DNA from: Gammaproteobacteria bacterium
GTDB taxonomy: Bacteria > Pseudomonadota > Gammaproteobacteria > Burkholderiales > SHXO01
DNA length: 38,970 bases
Assembly (NCBI GenBank): GCA_041487115.1
Contig: JBGPMS010000003.1
Span: 1-38,970 of the forward strand
Reading direction: 5' to 3'
A program made the position numbers and the translations under genes. Below, one piece after another: positions 27,633 through 36,188 of this stretch; position 1 is the first letter of the stretch, and every line of letters begins with the position of its first letter. The notes beneath the pieces are model-generated. The model did no database searches. It saw only the letters and a program-made list of their open reading frames with translations, and was not told where the DNA came from.

Positions 27633-28394
27633 ATGCGCGCACTGGAAGGCAGACACGCGGTCGTAACCGGGGGCGGACGCGGCATTGGCGCTGCGATCGC
27701 CGTCGCGTTGGCGGAGCAGGGGGCCAGTGTGACGTTGATGGGTCGCGATCGAGTCCGGTTGGAGGTGCACGCGCACGCGCTTGCGGCGCGCGCCGTGACC
27801 GTGGACGTCGCGAAGCCGGAGTCGGTGGCGGAAGCCTTCGCGCGTGCCGAGCGAGACAGCGGACCGGTGGAGATTCTCGTGAACAACGCGGGTATGGTGA
27901 CGACCGCGCCCTTTGTCCGGACCGACCTCGCCGCGTGGAGCAAGCTGCTCGGCGTGAACCTCACAGGCACCTACCTGTGCTGCCAGCAAGTGATCCCCGG
28001 CATGCTGGAGCGCGGCTACGGGCGGGTGGTGAACATCGCGAGCACCGCCGGCCTGACCGGATATCCCTACGTCACCGCCTACTGCGCAGCCAAGCATGGC
28101 GTCATCGGACTCACGCGTGCCCTGGCGCTGGAGACGGCACGGCGCAACGTGACCGTCAACGCGGTCTGCCCGGGTTACACGGATACCGATATCGTCGGCG
28201 AGGCGGTCGCCACCATCGTGCGCAAGACCGGCAAGACCGAGGACGAGGTGCGCGCCATTCTCGTTGCCAGGAATCCGCAGGAGCGGCTGGTCCTACCCGA
28301 GGAGGTCGCCAACGCAGCGCTGTGGCTGTGCTTGCCCGGTGCCGAAGCGATCACGGGTCAGGCCATTGCTGTAGCCGGAGGTGAAATCCTGTGA
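27633..28394 (+). CDS. SDR family NAD(P)-dependent oxidoreductase
   Basis: TGGGRGIG, NNAG, YCAAK, CPGYTDT. Confidence 0.92.
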   Translation: MRALEGRHAVVTGGGRGIGAAIAVALAEQGASVTLMGRDRVRLEVHAHALAARAVTVDVAKPESVAEAFARAERDSGPVEILVNNAGMVTTAPFVRTDLAAWSKLLGVNLTGTYLCCQQVIPGMLERGYGRVVNIASTAGLTGYPYVTAYCAAKHGVIGLTRALALETARRNVTVNAVCPGYTDTDIVGEAVATIVRKTGKTEDEVRAILVARNPQERLVLPEEVANAALWLCLPGAEAITGQAIAVAGGEIL

Positions 28395-28912
28395 GGGCGA
28401 CGAAGGCGAGCGCGGCAGCGAAAGTGGCTCGGTCGGTCGACCTGGAGACTCGCCTCACGGACGACCACCACCAGGCGTTGAAGCTGTGGCTGCGCCTGCT
28501 CTCCTGCACCAATCTGGTGGAAGCGGAGATCCGCAGCCGCTTGCGCGCCGAGTTCGGTATCACCCTGCCGCGCTTCGATCTCCTGGCCCAGCTCGAACGC
28601 CACCCCGCGGGGCTAAAGATGAGCGAGCTGTCGCGCCGCCTGATGGTGAGCGGCGGCAACGTCACCGGGCTCACGGACCAGCTCGAGAAAGAGGGGCTGG
28701 TGACGCGCGCGGACGATCCCGGCGACCGGCGCGCCTATACGATCAAACTCACGCCGTCGGGCCGGACGCTGTTCGCGCGCATGGCGGCGGTGCACGAGCA
28801 ATGGGTGATCGAATTGTTTTCCGGGCTGTCCGCGAACGAGAAAGGACAAGTCCACCGCCTGCTCGCCAAGCTCAAGCTGCATCTGGCCGGTGTGGCCGCG
28901 GAGAACGAGTAG
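28391..28912 (+). CDS. MarR family transcriptional regulator
   Basis: LWLRLL, TLPRFDLLAQL, MVSGGNVTG, DRR; GTG overlaps upstream stop. Confidence 0.92.
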   Translation: MRATKASAAAKVARSVDLETRLTDDHHQALKLWLRLLSCTNLVEAEIRSRLRAEFGITLPRFDLLAQLERHPAGLKMSELSRRLMVSGGNVTGLTDQLEKEGLVTRADDPGDRRAYTIKLTPSGRTLFARMAAVHEQWVIELFSGLSANEKGQVHRLLAKLKLHLAGVAAENE

Positions 28913-28945
28913 CGGAGTGCGTGAGATGCCGTCAAGGAGACGCAA

Positions 28946-29797
28946 ATGATCACGACCAAGGACCCGGGGCTCGCCGCCGGCAACGCCGGGGCGCTCGGTG
29001 ACTATCAGGCCCGGCATTTCCTGTGGTCCGTGACCGGGCGTGTGGCCACGCTGATGCTGAACCGCCCCGAGAAGAAGAACCCGCTCACCTTCGAATCGTA
29101 TGCGGAGCTGCGCGACCTGTTCCGGCGCCTGCAGTACGCTGGCGACGTGCGCTGCGTCGTGCTCGCTGGTGCCGGGGAGAACTTCTGCTCGGGCGGCGAT
29201 GTGCACGAGATCATCGGGCCGCTCACCAAGATGGATATGCCGCAGCTGCTGGCGTTTACGCGCATGACCGGCGACCTGGTGAAGGCCATGCGCGCTTGCC
29301 CGCAGCCGATCGTTGCGGCGATCGACGGCGTATGTGCGGGCGCCGGCGCGTTGCTGGCGCTCGCCTCCGATCTGCGGCTGGGCACCGCGCGCAGCAAGAC
29401 GGCTTTCCTGTTCGTGCGCGTGGGGCTGGCCGGCGCCGACATGGGCGCGTGCGCGCTGCTGCCGCGCGTGATCGGACAGGGCCGGGCCGCCGAGCTGCTG
29501 TACACCGGCCGCTCCCTGGGCGGCGAGGAGGCGCTGCAGTGGGGGTTTTTCAACCGCCAGTGTGCGCCCGAGGCGCTGCTGGTCGAGGCGCAGGCGCTGG
29601 CGGCGGAGCTGGCGGAGGGGCCGAGCTTTGCGCACGCCGTGACCAAGCGCTGTCTGCATCAGGAGTGGAACATGGGTGTGGACGAGGCCATCGAGGCGGA
29701 GGCTCAGGCCCAGGCCATCTGCATGCAGACCGAAGATTTCCGGCGCGCGTACCGGGCCTTCGCAGCCAAACAGAAGCCCAGGTTCGAAGGCGACTGA
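28946..29797 (+). CDS. Enoyl-CoA hydratase family protein
   Basis: [39 protein letters not shown]. Confidence 0.92.
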   Translation: MITTKDPGLAAGNAGALGDYQARHFLWSVTGRVATLMLNRPEKKNPLTFESYAELRDLFRRLQYAGDVRCVVLAGAGENFCSGGDVHEIIGPLTKMDMPQLLAFTRMTGDLVKAMRACPQPIVAAIDGVCAGAGALLALASDLRLGTARSKTAFLFVRVGLAGADMGACALLPRVIGQGRAAELLYTGRSLGGEEALQWGFFNRQCAPEALLVEAQALAAELAEGPSFAHAVTKRCLHQEWNMGVDEAIEAEAQAQAICMQTEDFRRAYRAFAAKQKPRFEGD

Positions 29798-29800
29798 GCC

Positions 29801-30901
29801 ATGGCACGCGCCCCGTCGGCATCCGCGTCGATTACCTACAGCAGCTATCTGCGGCTGGAGACACTGCTCGACTGCCAGCGGTTGGAAAGCGCGCGGGCTC
29901 ACAAGCCGGCGCACGACGAGATGCTGTTCATCGTCACGCATCAGACCTACGAGCTGTGGTTCAAGCAAATCCTGCACGAGATCGATGCCGTGCTCGTCAT
30001 CATGGGGCAGCCGGAAGTTCCAGAGCGCGAGCTGGGCCGGGTGTTGCGCTACCTGGAGCGGATCGTGGCGATTCAGAAGGTGCTGGTGGATCAGATCGGC
30101 ATCCTGGAGACGATGACGGCGCTGGACTTTCTCGACTTTCGCGATCTGCTGGCGCCGTCCTCGGGTTTCCAGAGCGTGCAATTCCGCCACATCGAGAACA
30201 AGCTCGGGCTCAAGCGCACCCAGCGCGTCGGTTACAACGCGATGCCTTACGAAGCGGCGCTGCCGGCCGCGTCGAAGCGCCAGGTGCGCGCGATGGAAGG
30301 CCGGCCCAGCCTGTTCGCCCTCATCGAGCAGTGGCTGGCGCGCATGCCGTTTCTGCGCTTTCGCGATTACGACTTCTGGCAGGCTTACAGGCAGAACGTG
30401 GAGGCGATGCTGGCGAGGGATCGCGCGGCAATCGAACGCAACGAGCTGCTCTTCGCGGAGGCCAAGGCGATCCAGCTGCACGAGCTGGAGAAGACGCACG
30501 AGAACTTCGACACGGTTTTCGACGCCGCGCGCTACCAGGCGCTGGTCGACAGCGGGCACCGGCGCCTGTCCTACGCAGCCTTCGTGTCGGCGTTGATGAT
30601 CCACCTCTATCGCGACGAGCCGATGTTCCACACCCCGTTCCGGATCCTCACCGAGATCGTGGCGATCGACGAGAGCCTGAGCCTGTGGCGCTACCGCCAT
30701 GCCCTCATGGTCAACCGCATGATCGGCAGCAAGATCGGCACCGGCGGCTCCTCCGGGCAGGATTACCTGAAACGCACGGTGGAAGCGCACCGCATCTTCA
30801 TCGACTACTTCAACCTCTCTACGTACTTGGTGCCGCGTTCCATGTTGCCGCCGCTGCCGGAGACGCTCACGCGCGAGCTGGGCTTTCACTATCGTGCTTA
30901 G
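29801..30901 (+). CDS. kynA: Tryptophan 2,3-dioxygenase (long form)
   Basis: YSSYLRL, HDEMLFIVTHQTYELWFKQ, SGFQSVQFR, WRYRH, GTGGSSG. Confidence 0.93.
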   Translation: MARAPSASASITYSSYLRLETLLDCQRLESARAHKPAHDEMLFIVTHQTYELWFKQILHEIDAVLVIMGQPEVPERELGRVLRYLERIVAIQKVLVDQIGILETMTALDFLDFRDLLAPSSGFQSVQFRHIENKLGLKRTQRVGYNAMPYEAALPAASKRQVRAMEGRPSLFALIEQWLARMPFLRFRDYDFWQAYRQNVEAMLARDRAAIERNELLFAEAKAIQLHELEKTHENFDTVFDAARYQALVDSGHRRLSYAAFVSALMIHLYRDEPMFHTPFRILTEIVAIDESLSLWRYRHALMVNRMIGSKIGTGGSSGQDYLKRTVEAHRIFIDYFNLSTYLVPRSMLPPLPETLTRELGFHYRA

Positions 30902-32078
30902 CGCGCATTTCACCGAGTTCTTCCGCTCGAGCGGCGATTGGCTGCACTGCACCGCGCACAGCCACCATCCGTGGCCGGACGCAACGCGCGCCGCGCAACT
31001 GGCCTACTGGGACGACGCGGCGCGGCTGACCGATCGCAAATGGGACAAGGTGTTCGGCGAGGTGCTGCCGGAGGCGCAAGGGCATGCGGCGCGCCATCTG
31101 CGGTTGCCGCGCGCGGAGCAGATCGCCTTCGCGCCCAACACTCACGAGTTCGTGGTGCGGCTGTATTCCTGCCTCGACTGGCGCCGGCCGCAGCGCGTGC
31201 TGACCACCGCGCACGAGTTTCACAGCTTCGAGCGGCAAACGCGCCGGCTGGAGGAGACCGGGCGCCTGCAGGTGACTCGTGTCGCCGCGGAGCCCTACCA
31301 AAGCTTCGCCGACCGCTTTTGCAAACACCTGGATGACCCTTGCGACCTGGTGTGGCTGTCGCAGGTGTTCTTCGATTCGGGCTTCCGCGTCGCCGATCTC
31401 GAGCGCATCGTGCGCGCTTGTCCGCGCGACGCGCTGGTCGTGGTCGATGGCTACCACGCGTTCGCCGCCCTGCCGGTGGACCTCGCTGCCATCGGCGAGC
31501 GCGTCTTCTTTGTCGCCGGAGGCTACAAATACGCGATGGCAGGGGAGGGCGCCTGCTTTCTGGCGGTGCCGCCGGGAACGCAACTGCGCCCGTTAGCTAC
31601 CGGCTGGTTCGCCGACTTTCAGGGATTGGGCAACGCGCAGGCAGGCCCGGTCGGCTACGGCGATGGCGGCATGCGCTTCTTCGGTGCGACGTTCGATCCG
31701 TCGGGGCTGTATCGCTTCAACGCCGTCATGCGCTGGCTCTTGGAAGTGGGCGTGGATTTCGATGCGATCCACGCACACGTCCAACGTCTGCAGCGACGCT
31801 TCCTCGATGCGCTGGCCGACACGCCGATCCCGGCTCTGCCGCTCGATCGTCTGATCCCCCCGGCAGGCGAGCCGCGGGGCAACTTTCTGACGTTTGCACT
31901 GCCCTGGGCGAGCGAGGCCGAAGCGGCACTGCTCGAACACCATGTGAGCGTCGACCGGCGCCGGGACCGCGTCCGCTTCGGGTTCGGCGTGTACCACGAC
32001 GACCGTTTCATCGACCGGCTGGCGGATCGTGTGCGCACGGCCTTGGTGGCCCTTCCCTCGCTTGAAAAAGGGGGCTAG
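30894..32078 (+). CDS. Class V PLP-dependent enzyme, divergent kynureninase-like
   Basis: AHSHHPWP, PNTHE, VDGYH, GGYKY (PLP lysine), GWFA, GATFDPSG; overlaps kynA end by 8 nt. Confidence 0.75.
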   Translation: MLSAHFTEFFRSSGDWLHCTAHSHHPWPDATRAAQLAYWDDAARLTDRKWDKVFGEVLPEAQGHAARHLRLPRAEQIAFAPNTHEFVVRLYSCLDWRRPQRVLTTAHEFHSFERQTRRLEETGRLQVTRVAAEPYQSFADRFCKHLDDPCDLVWLSQVFFDSGFRVADLERIVRACPRDALVVVDGYHAFAALPVDLAAIGERVFFVAGGYKYAMAGEGACFLAVPPGTQLRPLATGWFADFQGLGNAQAGPVGYGDGGMRFFGATFDPSGLYRFNAVMRWLLEVGVDFDAIHAHVQRLQRRFLDALADTPIPALPLDRLIPPAGEPRGNFLTFALPWASEAEAALLEHHVSVDRRRDRVRFGFGVYHDDRFIDRLADRVRTALVALPSLEKGG

Positions 32079-32086
32079 GGAGTGTT
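32056..32086 (-). repeat. Degenerate CCCCCTTTTTCAAAGGG-type repeat overlapping the kynureninase-like stop
   Basis: Reverse complement reads AACACTCCCTAGCCCCCTTTTTCAAGCGAGGG, similar to 33407-33440. Confidence 0.5.
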
Positions 32087-32117
32087 CCGCCCTTTGAAAA
32101 ACCTGATTACGGCTCGC

Positions 32118-32220
32118 ACCACCCCGCCCGCTGCGCGGGCACCCCTCCTTGAAAAGGAGGGGAGAGATTCTTTTCTCCCCTCCTTTTCAAGGAGGGGTGC
32201 CCGCGAAGCGCCGGGGTGGT
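32118..32220. repeat. 103-bp palindrome made of two inverted REP-like units
   Basis: ACCACCCCG..CGCGGGCACCCCTCCTTGAAAAGGAGGGGAGA mirrored by TCTCCCCTCCTTTTCAAGGAGGGGTGCCCGCG..CGGGGTGGT. Confidence 0.9.
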
Positions 32221-32237
32221 TACGGCAGCCTGGCGTT

Positions 32238-33398
32238 ATGAGCGACAAGTCCTACCTCGACTGGCCCTTTTTCGACGATGTCCACCGCGAGCTGGTCGCC
32301 GGCCTCGACGGCTGGGCTTCACGCAACCTGGGCGACCTGCATGCTGCAGACGACCTGGACGGCACCTGCCGGTCCCTGGTGGCGCGCCTGGGTCGAGGCG
32401 GGTGGCTGCGCTATGCCGTGCCGCGGGTCTTCGGCGGCGCAACCGAGGGCCTCGACTCACGCTCCCTGTGCCTGATCCGGGAAACGCTAGCGCGTCACGT
32501 CGGCCTGGCGGACTTCGCCTTCGCCATGCAGGGACTGGGAAGCGGCGCGATCTCTCTCTACGGAAGCGACGAACTGAAGCGGCGCTACCTGCCGCACGTG
32601 GCGAGCGGTGAGTGGATCGCCGCCTTCGCGCTGTCCGAGCCGGAAGCCGGTTCCGACGTCGCCGCCATCACCACCAGCGCGAGGCTCGAGGGAGAGCACT
32701 ATCGGCTAGACGGGACCAAGACCTGGATCTCGAACGGCGGCATCGCGCAGTTCTACACCGTTGTCGCGCGCACGGGCGAAGCGCCCGGCGCCAAGGGGCT
32801 GACCGCCTTCGTGGTGGATGCGGATACGCCGGGGCTCGAGATCGCGGAGCGCATCGCCGTCACGGCGCCGCATCCGCTCGCCACGTTGCGTTTCGACGCC
32901 TGCCGCATCCCGCTGGGGCACCGGTTGGGCGCGGCGGGCGCGGGCTTCAAAGTGGCCATGGAAACGCTCGACATCTTCCGCGCCTCGGTCGCCGCCGCCG
33001 CCGTGGGCTTCGCCCGACGGGCTCTCGACGAGGCCCTGAGTCGCGCCCGTAGCCGGCAGCTGTTCGGACAGGCCCTGGCGGAATTCCAGCTGACCCAGGC
33101 GGCTATCGCCGACATGGCCACCACCATCGACTCCGCGGCGTTGCTCACCTACCGAGCGGCCTGGCTGCGCGACGTACAGGGCGCGCGAACGACACGCGAG
33201 GCGGCGATGGCGAAGCTGGTCGCCACCGAAGGGGCACAGCAGGTGATCGACCGCGCAGTGCAGATTTTCGGCGGGCTGGGAGTGCAAAGCGGCCACATCA
33301 TCGAGCAGCTCTATCGGGAGATCCGGCCTCTGCGCATCTACGAAGGCGCCAGTGAAGTGCAGAAGCTGATCATTGCGAAGGAAACGCTCAAAGGCTAG
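32238..33398 (+). CDS. Acyl-CoA dehydrogenase
   Basis: [38 protein letters not shown]; start [12 protein letters not shown]. Confidence 0.93.
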   Translation: MSDKSYLDWPFFDDVHRELVAGLDGWASRNLGDLHAADDLDGTCRSLVARLGRGGWLRYAVPRVFGGATEGLDSRSLCLIRETLARHVGLADFAFAMQGLGSGAISLYGSDELKRRYLPHVASGEWIAAFALSEPEAGSDVAAITTSARLEGEHYRLDGTKTWISNGGIAQFYTVVARTGEAPGAKGLTAFVVDADTPGLEIAERIAVTAPHPLATLRFDACRIPLGHRLGAAGAGFKVAMETLDIFRASVAAAAVGFARRALDEALSRARSRQLFGQALAEFQLTQAAIADMATTIDSAALLTYRAAWLRDVQGARTTREAAMAKLVATEGAQQVIDRAVQIFGGLGVQSGHIIEQLYREIRPLRIYEGASEVQKLIIAKETLKG

Positions 33399-33406
33399 CC
33401 AGATGC

Positions 33407-33440
33407 AAATCCCCCTCCCGTCCCCCTTTTCCAAAGGGAG
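33407..33440 (+). repeat. CCCCCTTTT-CAAAGGG-type hairpin repeat
   Basis: AAATCCCCCTCCCGTCCCCCTTTTCCAAAGGGAG right after the acyl-CoA dehydrogenase stop. Confidence 0.5.
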
Positions 33441-33514
33441 AAGCTGGTCTTGAGTCCGCCGCGTATCTCCATATTCGGCGTCCGGCGTACGATTCCGCCG
33501 CAGCACACTGCGAC

Positions 33515-35146
33515 ATGAACGCTACGCTCGGCGCTTATACCGCGCACGTGGACACCTTCGCGCGGGACAACCTGCCGCCGCGCAGCCAGTGGCCGGAGCT
33601 GGTGTTCGACATCCCCGAGGTGCGCTATCCCGAGCGCCTCAACTGCGTGGTCGAGCTGCTCGACAACATGGTGGCCGAGGGCCATGGGGAGCGTGCTGCC
33701 ATCCGTTCGCCGGCTGGTGTGCTGACTTATGGCGGGTTGCTTGCGCTGGTCAACCGCATCGCCCATGTGCTGCGCGACGATCTGGGCCTGCAGCCGGGCA
33801 ACCGCGTGCTGCTGCGCGGGGCCAACAATCCGATGATGGCGGCCTGCTGGCTGGCGGTGGTCAAGGCCGGCTGCATCGCGGTGGCCACCATGCCGCTGTT
33901 GCGTGCCAAGGAGCTCAAGCCGGTGATCGACAAGGCCCAATGTACCGCGGCGCTGTGCGACATCGGTCTGCGGGAGGAGATGGAGCTCGTGCGCGCGCAG
34001 TGTCCGGGCCTGGGAGCTACGCTGTATTTCAATGCCGAGACAGACGACTCGCTCGATGCACTGGCCGCCGCCAAGCCCGCCGAGTTCCTGGCTGCGGAGA
34101 CGGCGGCGGACGACGTCTGCATCATCGCCTTCACTTCCGGCACGACCGGCGTGCCCAAAGGCACCATGCACTTCCACCGCGACGTGATGGCGATCTGCGA
34201 TTGTTTTCCGCCTTTCTGTTTGCAGCCGGCGCCGGACGACATCTTCTGCGGCACGCCTCCGCTCGCGTTCACCTTCGGGCTGGGCGGGCTGTTGTTGTTC
34301 CCTCTGCGCTTCGGTGCTTCGGCGCTGCTCCTGGAAAAGCTCACGCCCACCGGCCTTCTGTCCGCTATCGAACAATACCGCCCTACCATCTGCTTCACGG
34401 CGCCAACGTTCTACCGCCAGATGGCGGCGGTAGCCTTCGACTACGATATTGCGAGCTTGAAAAAATGCGTGTCGGCGGGCGAAGCACTGCCGCTGTCCAC
34501 GCGCCAGCTGTGGGAGAAGGAGACCGGGGTGCAGCTCATCGATGGCATCGGCGCGACCGAACTGCTGCACATCTTCATCTCCGCGGCTGGCGAGGGGATT
34601 CGGCCCGGGGCCACCGGCAAGCCCATACCGGGCTACCGCGCTTGTGTGCTGGACGAGGCAGGCGAGCCGTTGCCGCCAGGAGTGGTCGGGCGGCTAGCGA
34701 TCAAGGGCCCGACCGGATGCCGCTATCTGGCCGACGAGCGGCAGCGGAACTACGTGCACAACGGCTGGAACCTGACTGGCGACGCCTACCTGGTCGATGC
34801 GGACGGCTACTTCTGGTATCAGGCACGCACCGACGACATGATCATCTCCGCCGGCTACAACATCGCGGGCCCTGAGGTGGAGTCGGCACTGCTGTTGCAT
34901 CCGGCTGTGGCCGAGTGCGGTGTGGTGGGTGCGCAGGACGCCGACCGCGGACAGATCGTCAAGGCTTACGTGGTCGTGAAGCAGGGGCACGCACCCGGTC
35001 CGGCACTGGCGAAGGACCTGCAGGAGTTCGTCAAACGGACCATCGCACCGTACAAGTATCCGCGTGCCGTCGAGTTTCGGGATGCACTCCCGCGCACGGA
35101 GACCGGCAAGCTGCAGCGGTTCAAGCTGCGCGAGCCGCCGGGATGA
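33515..35146 (+). CDS. abmG: 2-aminobenzoate-CoA ligase
   Basis: TAHVDTFARDNLPP N-terminus, FTSGTTGVPKG, DGIGATE, TGD, TGKLQRF; abm context. Confidence 0.9.
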   Translation: MNATLGAYTAHVDTFARDNLPPRSQWPELVFDIPEVRYPERLNCVVELLDNMVAEGHGERAAIRSPAGVLTYGGLLALVNRIAHVLRDDLGLQPGNRVLLRGANNPMMAACWLAVVKAGCIAVATMPLLRAKELKPVIDKAQCTAALCDIGLREEMELVRAQCPGLGATLYFNAETDDSLDALAAAKPAEFLAAETAADDVCIIAFTSGTTGVPKGTMHFHRDVMAICDCFPPFCLQPAPDDIFCGTPPLAFTFGLGGLLLFPLRFGASALLLEKLTPTGLLSAIEQYRPTICFTAPTFYRQMAAVAFDYDIASLKKCVSAGEALPLSTRQLWEKETGVQLIDGIGATELLHIFISAAGEGIRPGATGKPIPGYRACVLDEAGEPLPPGVVGRLAIKGPTGCRYLADERQRNYVHNGWNLTGDAYLVDADGYFWYQARTDDMIISAGYNIAGPEVESALLLHPAVAECGVVGAQDADRGQIVKAYVVVKQGHAPGPALAKDLQEFVKRTIAPYKYPRAVEFRDALPRTETGKLQRFKLREPPG

Positions 35147-35192
35147 ATCTGCACACAGCATGATCTTCCACCCCTCACCTTAGGCAAACCCC

Positions 35193-35585
35193 ATGCAGAT
35201 CCTCCAACCGCCGGGCTGGGCCCGGCCGCGCGGCTACTCGAACGGGCTCCTCACCCGCGGCCGCCTGGTCTTCGTCGCCGGCCAGATCGGCTGGGACGAG
35301 CAGTGCCGCTTCCAGACCAGCGATCTGGCAGCGCAGGTGCGCCAGGCTCTCGTGAACGTGGTGGCCGTCCTGGCGCAGGCCGGGGCCCGGCCCGAGCACA
35401 TCGCGCGCATGACCTGGTACGTGACAGACAAGCGCGAGTACGTCGCGGCCTATCGCTCCATCGGCGAGGCTTACCGGGAGGTGATCGGCAGCCACTATCC
35501 GGTCATGACCGCTCTGCAGGTCTGCGCCTTGATCGAGGACCAGGCCAAGGTCGAAATCGAGGTCACCGCGGTCATTCCGGACTGA
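35193..35585 (+). CDS. RidA/YjgF family protein
   Basis: PRGYSNG, VAGQIGW, AKVEIE; usual member of abm clusters. Confidence 0.9.
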   Translation: MQILQPPGWARPRGYSNGLLTRGRLVFVAGQIGWDEQCRFQTSDLAAQVRQALVNVVAVLAQAGARPEHIARMTWYVTDKREYVAAYRSIGEAYREVIGSHYPVMTALQVCALIEDQAKVEIEVTAVIPD

Positions 35586-35682
35586 GTCGCCGGGCGGTTC
35601 CTCCCCGGTCGGAGTCACGGCCAAGCTACTCTCGCGCCGCACCCCTTCCGCTGCGAAATCAGCCGCTTGTTCCCGTCGGCCA

Positions 35683-35709
35683 TTGAAATGCCCGGCATGG
35701 CCCCGATAT
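35683..35709 (+). promoter_or_regulatory. Sigma32-like promoter of hsp20-lon
   Basis: TTGAAA (35683-35688), 13-nt spacer, CCCGATAT (35702-35709). Confidence 0.65.
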
Positions 35710-35764
35710 CCGCCAAGTAACGGTGCGTGTCGGGAGCACCCGACCCTTTGCCGGAAAGGAAATC

Positions 35765-36172
35765 ATGAGACAACGCAACTCCAGCAACTGGATGTGGGCG
35801 CAGGCTCTCGACCTGCTGGATCAGGCCGATCGCCTGCACCGTCAGTTCTTCGAACCTGCCGCTGCCCAGCACGGCGCGCCCTGTTGGGAGCCGCCGGTGG
35901 ACATCATCGAAACCGATGGCGACTTCTGGATCCTGGTAGCGCTGCCGGGCGTCTCGCCGCAGCGTGTGCGTGCGGCGATCGAAGGCGGAACGCTGGTGCT
36001 GCAGGGGGAACGGCCCATGCCGGCCAAGGCTTTCCCCGGCGCCATCCGCCGTCTGGAAATTCCCTACGGTCGCTTCGAGCGACGCGTCCCCGTCCCGTCC
36101 GGCACCTTCGAGCTGCGCGAGCAGCGCTTCGAGAACGGCTGCCTGGTGGTCGGGCTGCGCCGGCTCGCGTGA
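35765..36172 (+). CDS. Hsp20/alpha-crystallin small heat-shock protein
   Basis: WEPPVDIIET, VALPGV, EIPYGRFERR, ENGCL; AAGGA SD before ATG 35765. Confidence 0.9.
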   Translation: MRQRNSSNWMWAQALDLLDQADRLHRQFFEPAAAQHGAPCWEPPVDIIETDGDFWILVALPGVSPQRVRAAIEGGTLVLQGERPMPAKAFPGAIRRLEIPYGRFERRVPVPSGTFELREQRFENGCLVVGLRRLA

Positions 36173-36188
36173 GGAGAAGGAGAACAAG

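Noticed and set aside
32082-32237. N-terminal extension of the acyl-CoA dehydrogenase
   Set aside because: It is the translated palindromic repeat; family-like sequence begins at ATG 32238.
33449-33474. Sigma32-like promoter CTTGAG-N12-CTCCATAT before abmG
   Set aside because: Short spacer and no heat-shock logic; cannot be supported from sequence alone.
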